NCBI GenBank assembly: GCA_951406725.2
Contig: OX597837.1
Location: 18,786,001 to 18,850,000 of the forward strand
Source of the DNA: Octopus vulgaris
Lineage: Eukaryota
Reading direction: 5' to 3'
DNA: 64,000 nt
The notes beneath the pieces are model-generated. The model was given only the letters and a program-made list of their open reading frames with translations. It was not told the origin of the DNA and searched no databases. The stretch's first letter is position 1. Each line of letters opens with the position of its first letter. The position numbers were made by a program, and so were the translations under genes. This document shows, one piece after another, positions 37,690 to 51,858 of the stretch.

Positions 37690-40600
37690 TGCTGCTGCTG
37701 CTGTTGTTGTTGTTGGTGGTGTCGTTGTTGCAGCTGCTGCTGTTGTTGTTGTACTGAATCTTCTTAATGATTGGTCATCTATGCTGAATGGAATACCTAC
37801 TTACAAAAGCATTCCAGCTGTGACCATTTTAACTTGGATTCCATTGTTCAATGAGTTCTCTTTTGGTGGCAGTAGTGCTCTGATTCAAAGGAATTTATCT
37901 GCTATTTCTAGCAATTTGAGCAACCACATAGAGGCTGCACTCCTAGCTTGTATAGGCTCTGCTCAAGTAGCCATATCATCAAAGTTGTTCCAGCCATGAT
38001 CATCCTGTCTGACTATTTGACTTAGTGTTTCTAGGACTACATTATTTAATGAGACTTCATTTTAAAAACTATCACATGCAATTTAGAGGAGGTTTAACTG
38101 CTGTATATGTTGAAAGGTTTGTTGCTGTTTGACTTCAAGTCAGCCTTGAATGAGCAAACCTATGATTAAAGTTGTTCCAGCCATGACCATCCCTTTAGTG
38201 TATCCAGCACTACATTATTTAATGTCCTTTTTTTCTAGTGATAATGTGTGATTTGAGGGAGGTTTTATTGCCACTTAGCCTCGGGCCAGTCTTCACCAAG
38301 CAAACTGATGAGCAAAGATGTTTCAATAATGACCATCCAATGTTTTTTAAGCATATTTAGGGTTACTTCATCTAATTTAAAGGGTAAAGATACGAAGTAA
38401 TATCCATGTTTCACCACCATTACCACATGTCTCACCATGTGGTAATGTGTCTCACTATCGTCACCACTGTTGCCACATGTCTCAACACCATTACCACATG
38501 TCATTCTACCATTGCCATTATTGGTTTCAAAATTTGGCACAAGATCAGGAAGTTCAGGGAGGGGATATGTCGATATCATCAACCCAGTGTTCAGCTGGTA
38601 CTTATATTATTGGCCCCAAAAGATTGAAAGGCAAAGTTGGCTTTGGTGGAATTTGAACTCAGAACATAAAGATGGGTGGAATGCCGCTAAGCATTTTACC
38701 CTGTATGTTAATGATTCTGCAAGCTCACCACCTTTACTATTGCCATTATTGTCACATGTCACTGTACTATTGCCACTTGTTTCATCACCATTTCCACATC
38801 AACCAGTAATTCCGTGCTTCTGTTATATTATAGTTTGAACCTTGCCACAAGAATCACTTTGACTGGAGGAACCCTGAACTTGGAACATTTAAATATATCC
38901 TCATCTTCATCCAATTCCAGTTTGTTTCCAAATTCTCACCTTGTTATTCTAATATTTTGTAAAAGTCAAAAAAGGGTAAAACATTTTATTTCTTTTTTAT
39001 TCTTCTTCAACTCTTTCACCTAATTCAGTCGTTGCACTTTTGAAGGGTTTACATGATCATATCAACCCTAGTATTATTTAAAATCAGGTACTTATTTTAT
39101 GAATATCTGTTTGTCAAACTGCTAGGTTACAAACAATGCTGCTTAATTAAGCTGTATAAAAACAAATACATGCACACATATTAACATCACTATCATTCTT
39201 TTAATGTCTTCTTTTCTACAACCACAAGGTATTGGTCAGTCCAACACTATGACTAGAAACACAGACTCAAAGTGTCATGCTATAGGATTCAGCCGCAAAC
39301 TATATGCTTGTGAAATAAACTTAAATGCCTTAAAGTCTTTAGTTAAAGCTCTTTATGTTCTGAGTTCATATCCCTCTGAGGTTCATTTTATCTTTTATTA
39401 TCCCAGAAAGGGACAGTGAAGTGCTAGAGTTTATAAAATTAACTGCCCCTCTCCTCAAATCTGAGACCTTTTGTTAAAGTTAGATATCTGGCAGACATGA
39501 CACTTGAGCATGTCTTGTTATTGTTTAACCCTGGGTCAGCCATGATCAAGTACATTATGATGAAAAGATTTTCTCGCCATGATCATCCTGTCTGTTTCAG
39601 ATAATAGGATATCATAGACTACAGTATCCAACCTAATTGAAAGTGAGACAGAAAGTAGACTTGGCTGTTGTTTCTAACAAATTGAGGCAACCTTGAAGAT
39701 CACCTCTCTTTTGTCAGTGTTGTTTCTGAGTCCACCCTGACTGAGCAAACATATGAACTAATGTGCTCCAGTCATGCCCATCTCATTTTTTTGGTCATGT
39801 ATATTATATGATGAATACATCCTATATTGAAGACAATTAGGTGTGAGCTGAGAGATTTGTTTTCTATTTCTATATCAAGCAACTACTGTTATGTAACATT
39901 GATGATGACAACAACATGATTTTTTTTTTCCCTTTTCTCTGCTTTTCAGGTTTGTATTTGGTGGTCTAATAGTCCCATCATAAAATACTGTCGGTTTGGT
40001 TTGTGTGATTTCAATGTGATGGATATATGTTTGAGTAAGTGCAATATTGGTGTTGTCACAACTAAAGGAGAAACTTATATTGGCAAGTGGAAAAAAGCAC
40101 AAGTGACTTCCAAAGAAAAATGTGAGTACTGTTATTTAATGCAAGTTTTTGTAGCACTCTAGTGTTTTCACTCTTCTGCCTGATCTTGTGATTCTTTTGC
40201 AGGTTGGCATTGAACACTGCTCATGCACCTGGCCACTATTTTGTGTTTCTGCATTGATATGAGGAGGAGAATTTGTGGGACTGGTGGAGGAGGTGGAAGA
40301 AAATATTTCTACTCTATTGTCTATCAAACATTTCTCACATGATTTATGCCAATATTTTTACCAGAACATCTTTCAAATAACTTCATCCAATATTCAGTGT
40401 TCTACCAATATTCTACCAAGTCTCTACCAATACTTATATCTATATTGCTATTATGATATCTACCAATGGTTTGTCATATCTAACAATATTTCTATCAATA
40501 CTTCTACATATAATTTTTGCAGCTCCTCTGAAGGAGACTCGCGTTCCATCCAAAGGCAGTTCCCTGAAGAAAGTCATGATTGAACACCTTCACATGAAGC

Positions 40601-41789
40601 GCCTTCCTTACGTCCATCGAGCTACACATCTTGCCATAAGCCATGATGAGAAGAACTTTGTTGTAACCCAAGCTGATCCTTTTGCAAGGTTTCTATTAAC
40701 CCTTCTTTTTATGCCTTAGCATTTTTTCTTTCAGCCATGATGGTGATAGAAGAATTACTTGTACATATTTATTAAGTTAAGAAATTTGCACATTGTGGAA
40801 GCAATTTGTTTTTACAGCTGGGCACCACTCCTACCACCAGTTACTGTGTTGTTAAGTAAAAGTGAAACTTGTTTCAAGCCAGGCAGACTAAGACAAGTAG
40901 TTACATGCCTTGCCATTGATTGCAATCCTCTGGCTATAATTAAAAGCATTTTGGGGTCATTTTTAGCCAGGTCTTTCAGCACCAGTTTTGTCTAAATTCC
41001 ATTTTTAGGCAAAAAAAACATGAGTAGTGTGTATGGCAACTTTGAATAGTCTTTTTGATTCATAAGGCCACTGGCACAACCAGAATCTCAGAATTAATTC
41101 AGGAATGTTCAGCTTGCAAAAACAATAGCATTCAGCAGACAATTAATCGATGATTACTCTGAGAATTGAAGACATCATATTTGAAAGCCTTGTAACATTC
41201 CCAATTAACTCCTGAGTAATGGCCATGACTTCCAATACCAGGTAACAAGTATAGGCTTGAACATTATGAATAAATGTGAATTTTGATGTGTAATACAGCT
41301 AAAGGTTTGGTGTGTAAGGAAACCAAAGGCTAATAATATTTTTATATATCACATGATGCAATATCACAAAAAAAAAAAATCAATATTAGTTCATAGCTGG
41401 GATCATTTTTTTTATCCTTGGGAAAGGTGTGAACACTACCCATTTCCCATTATCAACTCTTCCCCAGTAAATTTCATGTTTTTTGCTTAAGAAAATATTC
41501 TAACTTAGAAAATATAGTCTCTAATATGCACAACCATGGGTGTGTAGTAAAAAGTTTACTTTCCAAGCCATGTGGTTTCAGGTTCAATCCCACTGCATGG
41601 CACTATGGGCAAGTGCCTTTTACTATTGTCCTAGACCTACCAATGCCTTGAGAGTGGATTTAGAAGATGGAAACTGAAAGAAGCTTGTTATGTATATATA
41701 TATATATTAGTAAATAAATAAATAAGTTGACATAATATAATGTCTAAAAGTTGATGAACCACCTATTGATCCCCTCCATTTTCTTATTG

Positions 41790-41853
<64 letters not shown>

Positions 41854-43509
41854 GTGTGTGTGTGTGTGCATATATATGTATGCATGTACATAAATGTATA
41901 TATCTTTGTGATTGTCCCCTACTATAACTAGTGTTGGTTTGTTTATGTCCCCATAACTTAGCAGTTCAGCATGAGAGACTGATGGAATAAGTCCCAGGCT
42001 TAAAAGAAAAAAAATAAGTCCTGAGGTTGATTCTTTTCATTAAAACACTTTAAAGAGGTGCCCCAGCATGGCCACACTCCAATGACTGAGACAAGTAAAC
42101 AATAAACGATAATCACTAATCACCAGCACCACCATCACAACCACCACTGCCACCACCACCATCATCATCTATATCTTTTTTCCATGCTGGCATGGATTGG
42201 ACTGGTTTTTTATGAACCAAGTCACTTCTTAGTTAAAGTTAATGGCTTCCAAGATAGGTCAGAGAATATATCTCACTTCTATGTTCCATTTTTGGCATGT
42301 TTTCTATGGTAGGGTGGCCTTCTCATCACCTTCCAATTTGTAATGGATGCAGTTTATCAGGGTACCATCTTCAAGAATTTTGGTCTTTCGTGTTGATTCC
42401 TGCATGTATCTCATTCTTGTAGTTATTTCATCAATCTCTATTTATTGAATCACTAAGTTATATACTAAGTATATACCAAAAAGTTATAGAGAATACAGAG
42501 ATTCTTTTATACTTATACAGATCAGCTTTATACTTAGCTAGTAGGTGTTGATTATTTTGATACATTGGATTAAAGGAGAAATTATAAATTAATATTTATT
42601 AATTTTTGAGAAAAATCTATCATTTATTATGTATTCTCTATAACTTTTTGGTATATAGGTGGTCATTGTGACCATCTAGCATTGACCTAGTTTTCTTGAT
42701 ACAAAATCTATTTGCCAAATAGTAGTAAACAGCTTCTAGGGCATTATAACCCCCTCTCTACTTTAATTTCTTAAGGAATAACTTTTGACATTTATTTCAC
42801 CCCTATTTCTATAAATAGAAAATCTCTTTTCTCTCCATTCAACAGAATATCCCTCCCCACCTTCTAGCAGTTCAAAATAACTTAAATAATATTCTTCAGT
42901 CAGAAGGTAAACTCTACTACCTTAATGTTCTTAAAATTCAAATCGACATCTCTGTCTATATACCTACCCTCTCTATAATGTTATCAATTAATATGAAAAT
43001 ATGTATTAATGCAAAACCTCTATAAATGGTTGATGAATGCTCAACATTTTACAACTGCTGTAATACTTAAAATGTTTAATAAAATGATGTAGCGTGAAAC
43101 AATCGTACCAAATTACCGAAGATATTCTTGTTGCTTATTTTGATTATAATCACCCCATGAGTTTATACGGATAACACCATACAAAATTCTGGTGCATCTA
43201 ACTTAAGTACCATATTCATTTGAATCTAAAGTATATATATATATATATACACATCATAAGGGAACTAGAATGGACAGCACAGATTTTTGCTACATGTGTT
43301 TCCTTAGCATCCTTTTATTCTTTTACTTGTTTCAGACGTTTGACTGCAGCCATGCTGGAGTACCACCTTGAAGGGTTTTAGTTGAATGAATCAACCCCAG
43401 GTCTTATTTTCAGTCTCCTTTGCTGATATGCTAAGTTACAGGGATGTAAACACACCAACACTAGTTGTCAAGCAGTAATGGGGGAGGGGACAAACAAGCG
43501 CAAAAACAT

Positions 43510-43548
<39 letters not shown>

Positions 43549-44569
43549 TACATACATATATCTATATGTATATATATGATGGGCTTTTTCAGTTTTCCTC
43601 AACCAAATCCACTCACAAGGCCTTGGTTGGCCCAAGGCTATAGTAGAAAACACTTACTCAGAGTGCTATGCAGTGGGACTGAACCTGGAACTAGGTGGTT
43701 GGGAAGTAAGCTTCTTACCACATAGCCACACCTGCGCCTAGTTATTTAGATTACTATACAATTGTTTAACATTGCATGCACTGACTGCTATATCAACTGG
43801 TTGATCGATTAGGAGTATTTATGTATGTAGTCTTTTTGAGTACCCTCTTAACCTGATATACATTGGCATAAGTATATGTGCACATGTGCACACATGCTCA
43901 CATGCATGCACACATGATGGACTACCACTTAGTATCCAGCTGTGTGATATCATTCATCATTCAACAAGTCATTTGGCCACTCTGCGGCTACTTTAGAAGA
44001 CAATTATCCATGGAACTTGACTGGAATTACACCTGGAACCTCAAGGTTGCAAAGCTTACATCTTAATCCCGCTGCTATGTTTGTGCCTCCACATCATTTT
44101 GGCGAAAGATCTTTCTGTCAAATGCTGAAAGTCAACAACAAAATAAAATCCATTTCTCATCCCTTTGTACTGTAGTACTGTTCAAGTATGCCCTATCACT
44201 TTTTATCGTTCTTATCTTTCAAGGTATAACTGCAACTGGCAGACATTATTAGATGACAGGTACAAGATGTAACTGCATCTGGCAGATTTTATTAGTTGTC
44301 AGGCTCATTCACCTACATATTAAATATAAAAAAAAAGTTTTTTCATGTTTTCTTGGTTTATTTCAGTTTAAAAGATTACACAGCTCAGAGAAATTCTAGA
44401 ATGATCTCCTCCTTCAGAGAACTACTGGATGATAGTGATGACATGTCTCTAATACATGATGTACAAATCAAGGTTTCTCTCCTTTTTTAATTCTTTCTTT
44501 TTTTTTTTTCAAAACAGATATATATATATATATATGTGTGTGTGTGTTATATATATATATATATATGTG

Positions 44570-44602
<33 letters not shown>

Positions 44603-47600
44603 TTATATTATAATATTATATATATATATATATATCATCATCATCGTTTAACGTCTGCTTTCCATGCTAGCATGGCTTGGACGGTTCAACTGGGGTCTGG
44701 GAAGCCAGAAGGCTGCACCAGGCCCAGTCTGATCTGGCAGTGTTTCTACAGCTGGATGCCCTTCCTAACGCCAACCACTCCATGAGTGTAGTAGGTGCTT
44801 TTTACGTGCCAGACGAGGCTGGCAAACGGCCCCGATCGGATGGTGCTTTTTACGTGCCACCGTGGAAAACTGACATTCATGATGATGATAGTGGTGATAA
44901 GTCAGAATGTGTGGTCAACTCACCATTATACTGTAGTTAAAGATTCAAACAGATAACACAACCTGACAGCCAGCAAGGTGGGGACTTGTGAATATCTACA
45001 TTCTCACCTGTGCAGGCATAGCTGGCATTACACCTGAATAGTGAAGTTTCCATCCTTCATCTAAGTTTATGGTAGAGGGGCCACTGACTATTTCTAGCTA
45101 TTTGGTCTCCTCCATTATCTCCTGCTCTTTATCTGTAAGGGTTGTAACTTCCCAATCCCCAACCATTAATGGTTGTTTCCTCCTGGATCCACTACAGGGT
45201 GGGACACCTATCCTTTGTGCTTCCACCCAATGCCCTCCAGAAGAAGTTGCAGGCTTATTGCTAGTTGTTTTGGCTTTGGGTGGACATTGAAATATATTTT
45301 TCAAACAGACCATTTTGCCTAAAACTGGAATACAGTGCAATTATTCTTTTGAACTCCTTTCATTTTGCAGTTTTTGGTGGTCTTATTTGCACCTGATATG
45401 AAGCAGGTATATGAATTTGACTCAAAAAAATAACAGCTAGTAATCTACAGACACATTTATTTACTTTCTCTTTCTTTTTCTTTTCCAGTCAGGATGCAAA
45501 TCGTGGTTTGCTCACCGTTACATTTTAGCACACAACTCAAAGTACTTCCAAGCCTTAATACTGATCAATTCTCCAAAACAAATAGATGATGTTCAACTGA
45601 TATCGATTTCTTACATTCACCCTGATCTCATCAACCAGATTTTGCAGTTCGTTTATACAAATACCTGTGATTTGTTAACCGTTGGCAAGCAGTTTATTTG
45701 GAGTGTGGAGCCTCACATACATGTGAGCCAGTGTCGGTTCTGTAGAGACAATCAAATGATACAAACTGAATCCACTGACCCTATTGAACTCCTTGTGCAT
45801 CTGGCAAAAAAGCTTGAACTTAATGAACTCGTTCAAAGGTTTGTTAAGTAATTTATATTTTAATTTTACTTCAGTTTTCTTTTTATTTTTGAATTTCTGT
45901 CATTTTAAAATTATCTCTTCAAAGTCAATGTGTAAAGACAATTAAATGTTAATTACTAATATTTTAGGTGGTGGCGTAGCTGTGTGGTAAAAAGTTTACT
46001 TCTCAACAACATGGTTCTGGGTTCAGTTCCACTGCATGGAACCTTGGGAAAGTACCTTCTACAATAGCCCCAAATCAACCAAAGCCATATAAGTGGATTT
46101 GGAAAGCAGAAACTGAAAGAAACTTGTATTATTATCATCATCATTATTATTTAACATCCGTCTTCCTAGCTGGCATCGGTTGGACAGTTTGACAGGAGTT
46201 GTGAAGCTCCACTGTCTGCTTTGCTATGGTTTCTATGGCTGGATGCTCTTCCTAGTGCCAACCATTTTTACAGAGTGTAGTTGGTGCATTTTATATGATA
46301 CCAATGCTGGTGAGGTCACTTAATAACTTACAAGACAAAGATCCATCAACTGAGATGGGGAGTAATATTGAAGGAGGTGATGAGAACAATTGATACAAGG
46401 ACAGAAACAAATGTGTTGCTGTAGAGGAGATATATGGCTATCCCAGTGAGAGGGGTGAGAGAGAGGGAGAAGATAGAGGTGAAAGTGTACCAGGGCATGC
46501 CTTCAAGGTACAGGAACGTGAATATAAGTGTAGAGGTAGAGAGGATTGGACAGGGTGAATGAGCAGGGGGTTCATGAAAGGAGAGTAGTAGATAGAGGGG
46601 AGAGGAAGGGGAATGCTATGAGTAGTGAACATGGGTGTACAGGGAGTGGCAGGATCCCAATAATACAGTTGGCGGGGGAGGAAAAAAGGGAGAAATGACA
46701 AAGCTGCAGGAACAGTGGGGTAGAGACAAGCACAGAGCATGATGGGATATAGTTTGGTTCATTGGGTGGGGTGAATTGATGTAATGCGTGGGTGGGAAGG
46801 ACATAATATACTACACTTCTAGAACTCAGTTTCATTGTGCTGGTTGGGTCCTCTCAAGAATTTCATATTGTCAGAAATCTCATCTCTTGTCTCCTCTTCT
46901 GTGAGGTTCAACTAGTAGTAGTAGTAGTAGTAGCTGTTATTGTTGTTGTTTAGTCCCCGATCCAAACTGATCAAGCAGATCCAGATTGAAGCCATTCCAG
47001 CAGTAGCCATCCTATTGCAATTTTTATTTTTTTGTACTTTAGGTATATTTTAATAAGGACATCATTATTCTAGATGTGCTTCCTTTTATAAGATAGTAGG
47101 GTAAGATTTTTATGGGCATTTGTTTACTATTTCATGCAGCTGAAGCAGACACATAACGTTCTCTTTGTTGGCTCATCCAAATTATATGTGAAATAGTATA
47201 GGATCCTTTCTGTTTGTTGCTTTTATATTCTATATATTCTGTTTGTAAGCCTTCACAACTAGAATTGGTGGCAATGGTGTGCATGGAACCAGGCTTCTGG
47301 AATAATGTTTGATGATGATGATAATGAGAGTTCAACAATGCCTTTCTCACTCTCACATTAACAACAACTCTAGTATCAACAACAAGAATGATACAAGATA
47401 AATAATTCTTGTTCCCTAATATTAATAATCTTTTCTACTCTAGGCACAAGGCCCAAAATTTTGTGGGAGGGGGCCAGTCGATAGATCCCTGTACGCAACT
47501 GGTACTGAATTTATTGACCCCAAAAAGATGAAAGGCAAAGTTGATCTCAACGAAATTTCAACCCAGAACATAAAGACAGACAAAATACTGCTAAGTATTT

Positions 47601-49129
47601 CGCCTGACTTGCTAATGTTTCTGCCAGCTCACTGCATTCCTAATATTAATAATGTATGAAACAATGGTTCAGTTTTGATTTTTTTTTCTGTCTTTTGAAG
47701 GTTAGATAATGTGTGTCTGTATGAAAATAAAGTTTACTTCAAGAAGAAAGTGAGAAAGCTTTCATTCAGTGAACCAAAATTTGATCGATCAGCTTTGTAA
47801 GTATTTAATATTGACATACCCAGCCTCTGCTCACCTCTCATATAATAAATTTCTACTTCAAATTTCCTCTAAGTTTAAAAGCTATATTATACATTACAAT
47901 TCTCTGCTGTACTCTCCGATACTGCTTTATACTGTACTGCTCCAAAACAGTTAGAATGCAACTTTTCTGTAAGAGAGCAACTCTCCACCTTTGTAATAAC
48001 ACTATCATCTTTTCAATCAGTAAAGTGGAAGCAAAATAATACAGAGAAAATGTTTATGCCATGTGATGAGATTTATCAAAGATTTACAAAAAGCTACAAG
48101 CTGCAAAGCTAGGCATGGCTATTTTGAACCCATGCATTTTTTGTTGTGCATTTTTATGCAAATACTGTATTATGTCACTCTCTAGTAGCAGCCCCTTGGG
48201 AGTATTGTGAGCTCCCAGAAGGATAACAAATGTAAGGAGGCACTATAGAGAGTACTGAGTGTGTAATGATGGCTGGTGGCATGATTTTTCTTTGAAATAA
48301 AATATTTGAATCAGATACAATACTTATATGTTAAAAACATTTCCAGAAAAAATCTTTGACAGGATTAAGATGAGTCAGACATTGTATTATTAGTGAGTAG
48401 AAACATGGCTGATGATATGCCAAGCTCCAATAGAATTTCATTATGTAAGTTCCTGCTTTCTTTACTGATCATTTGTCTCTTTGTCTGTCTGTCTGTATGT
48501 ATGAACGTATATACAGACAGGCTGCAGAGAACAACTGATTCCTTCCAGTCTCGTGTCTGGTCTCAGCATGACATCTCAAAGCAAACAAAAATTGCTGTGT
48601 ACCATGCATGTGTACTGACATTGCTCCTTTACTTATGTGAAACAAGGACCCTTTACAAACATCATGTAAGGGTCCTTGAACGTTTTCATCAGAGATGTCT
48701 CAGACACATTCTGAATGTTGGCTGGAGCTTAAAAACTTCTGGTACACAGATCCTGAGAACAGCTGATATCTTGAGTATTGAGGCGATGGTGCACAAGCAC
48801 TGGTTACATTGAACTAGATACCTTATTAGAATGAAGGCTATCAGGATCCCTAAGCAGATGCTATATTGGGAACTTGTGAATGGGAAGAGTTCCTAGCAGA
48901 AACCAAAGCTGTGAATTAAGGACTGTGTCAAGTCCTCATTCAAGGCCTGTGTTATGCAGGATACTGACTGGGAGAGCAATGCCTGTCATCGCCACAGATG
49001 GAGGAAGCAGGTTAAGGATATATGTACATTCATGAGGATGGCCATCATCATAAATGTACATACAGACAAATATATTTCTCAACACTATCATTAAAGACAG
49101 AACAAAAATATGAATTGCTATTCTGTCCA

Positions 49130-49183
<54 letters not shown>

Positions 49184-51797
49184 CTCTATCTATCTATCTA
49201 CCTATCTATCTATTTGTCTATCTATCTATTTATCTGTATACTTAAATATGTATAGACATACACACAGGTGTCTACTTATGTACCTGTTGATAATAAATTA
49301 CTGTGCATAGTTAGCTTCTATTTGATTAAAACAATTTGCTATTTTTACTCTGAAAAACATAGGGAAAGAGTATAAAATGCCATTCCCATATCTTTCTCTC
49401 TTGCATTCTCTGTCTCTCACTCATATTCTTTCTCTCTCTCTCTCCCTGGCCAGCTCAGTTTTGTCAGATGTGACAATCAAGTGCAGTGACAGTAAGGATC
49501 AGTTCAAATGTCACAAGTGTATCCTTGTAGCTCGATCAGAATATTTCAGAAGTATGTTCTCTTGTGTTTGGAGAGAGGTAAGTCATTAATCATTTATTAC
49601 TTGCACGCATGCACACACACACACACACACACACACACAATACACACACACACATGCTTATACAGTTGACATGTATGCAGCAACTTTTACAGCACTGTAC
49701 AATGAATGACAGCCCCTTCATCTCTGTTCTCTATTTTCTCTATAGACATCTACAAGTACTTTAACGTTATCATTTCCTGCTGATGTTCTGGAAATTTTCC
49801 TATGGTACCTCTACAGTAATAATATACCCAATTTAAACGGTAAGTTGATCGTTGTTGTTGTTGTTGTTGTTGTTGTTTAGCCTTCAGTCAGTCCAAGTCA
49901 AGCATACTTGTCTATGACAAGTGCGTGCGTGCTCACCTACACACACACACACACACAGAGTCATGCATCCATTCATTCATTGAGACACGTGTGTATGATA
50001 TAAAAGATTGTACTTGATCTTTGATTTCTCGCTTTATATTCTAGATTGTATCTTACTGCAAGAAATTCTGGCAAAAGCTGAAGAAACTTTGCTTGTTGAT
50101 CTAAAACACCTCTGTGAAATCCAACTTATCAGAGCAAGTAAGTCAATTTTCTGTCTTTTTTTTTTAATAGTTACCTTGTTAAATTAATGTGTAAGTGGCT
50201 GAGTATTCCATTGTCAAGTACAATGTAACACTATGTGATGACAAGGCTGAACCTTTTGAATTAGTTTCCATCCACACAGTTTCACTCACAAGGTATAGGT
50301 TTATCAGAGATTATAGAAGATAACATTTTCCCATATTACAGAGATGTACTCGCATAGCAAGTGATTTGATCTGAGATTGTGTGCTGGAACGAAAACAATT
50401 GCAGCGTGGAAGGTGTTTGTAAGCCATTTAAGAAACACACAATAGATATTTTCCCATATCTATTATATAAAATCCGTTCTGTCTGTCTGTGTGTCTTCTA
50501 GGATCTCGGGCATCCTCCATCCGATTGTGCTCAAATTTGATATGTAGATACCGACGGTATCAGGGCATGTATAAGGCTTGAAAAAATTACAAAAATCAAT
50601 TCCAGGTGAAAATGCGCTCGATAAAGCCGTGGGAATGTGCATTTGTACGCGCAAGTACATCAGCTGTTGCGATCAATACTACACGTAAGCGAGAAAAATT
50701 CTCTACTTTTGCTGCTGTCTCAAATTTAGGTTAAATCAGTGTTTCTCAAAGGGGTGGCCTATGGGATGGTCAGACAAGTTGTTTTGATAAAATTTGGTTT
50801 AAATGTTTGACAACTCAGCACTGTCCATTGGACGGGGTGGGGGTGTTTCGCTAGTATATAATATACAAGGTGGTATCAAAAAGTTCCCAGGCTAGTTCTG
50901 TAGCATGCCAACAGATGGCAGCACGTGGTTGTGTGCACAGTGAGAGCTAGCAGTGACTTTCATTAGGTAGTGTACTGAGTGACATCACTGTGGTTATTTT
51001 GCAAGTTGTGAAATTTGTGTTTGTGTGATCACATGTATGCTGTAGTCTGTCATTTTGTCATGAACAGGAATAAAGAGCAAAGAACCAACATGAAATTTTA
51101 CTTTACTTGAGATGTCTGCTACAGAGAGATTAAGCATGCTTTGGCAAGCTTATGGCAATAAAGCAATGGGTCGAACACAGTGCTTCGAGTGATATGGGTG
51201 CTTCAAAACCAGAACATCCCTGGAAGACAACAAGCAATCTGGAAGACGTGTCACCCCTGGAAGTGTGGTATTGTACATCGAGAATTCATCTGCAAGGTGA
51301 AAGTGACCAGATGTGTGGAACAAAGAATTGGATTCTTCACGACAACAATGCACTCTGTCACCCTGCTCTCTTCACTTGTGAGTTTCTTGCCAAAAACAAC
51401 ATGGATTTGCTTCCACACCTGCCCTATTCACGAGATTTAGCAACTGCAGACTGCCATCTCTAACCCTCTAACCCAAGATGAGAATGCAGCTCAAAGGTCT
51501 CCATTTTAACATCATTGTCAAGATCCAGAGGGAATTGAAGAAGATCCTTGACTCGCTTGCGGAAAATGAGTTCCAGGTTGGATTCCATAAGTGGTAAGAA
51601 CACTGGGACTGGTGTATTGCTGTGCGAGGTAACTATTTCGAAGGAGATGATGTTAAAACTGTGGCAAATAAGTTATTTTTTATTAAACAAAGCTAGTCTG
51701 AAAACCTTTTGATACAGTCTTGTATTGGTATGTGTATAAATATGTGGTGCACCTGAGCACTGTATATAATAATTTCATTATTATTTATTATATATAT

Positions 51798-51858
<61 letters not shown>

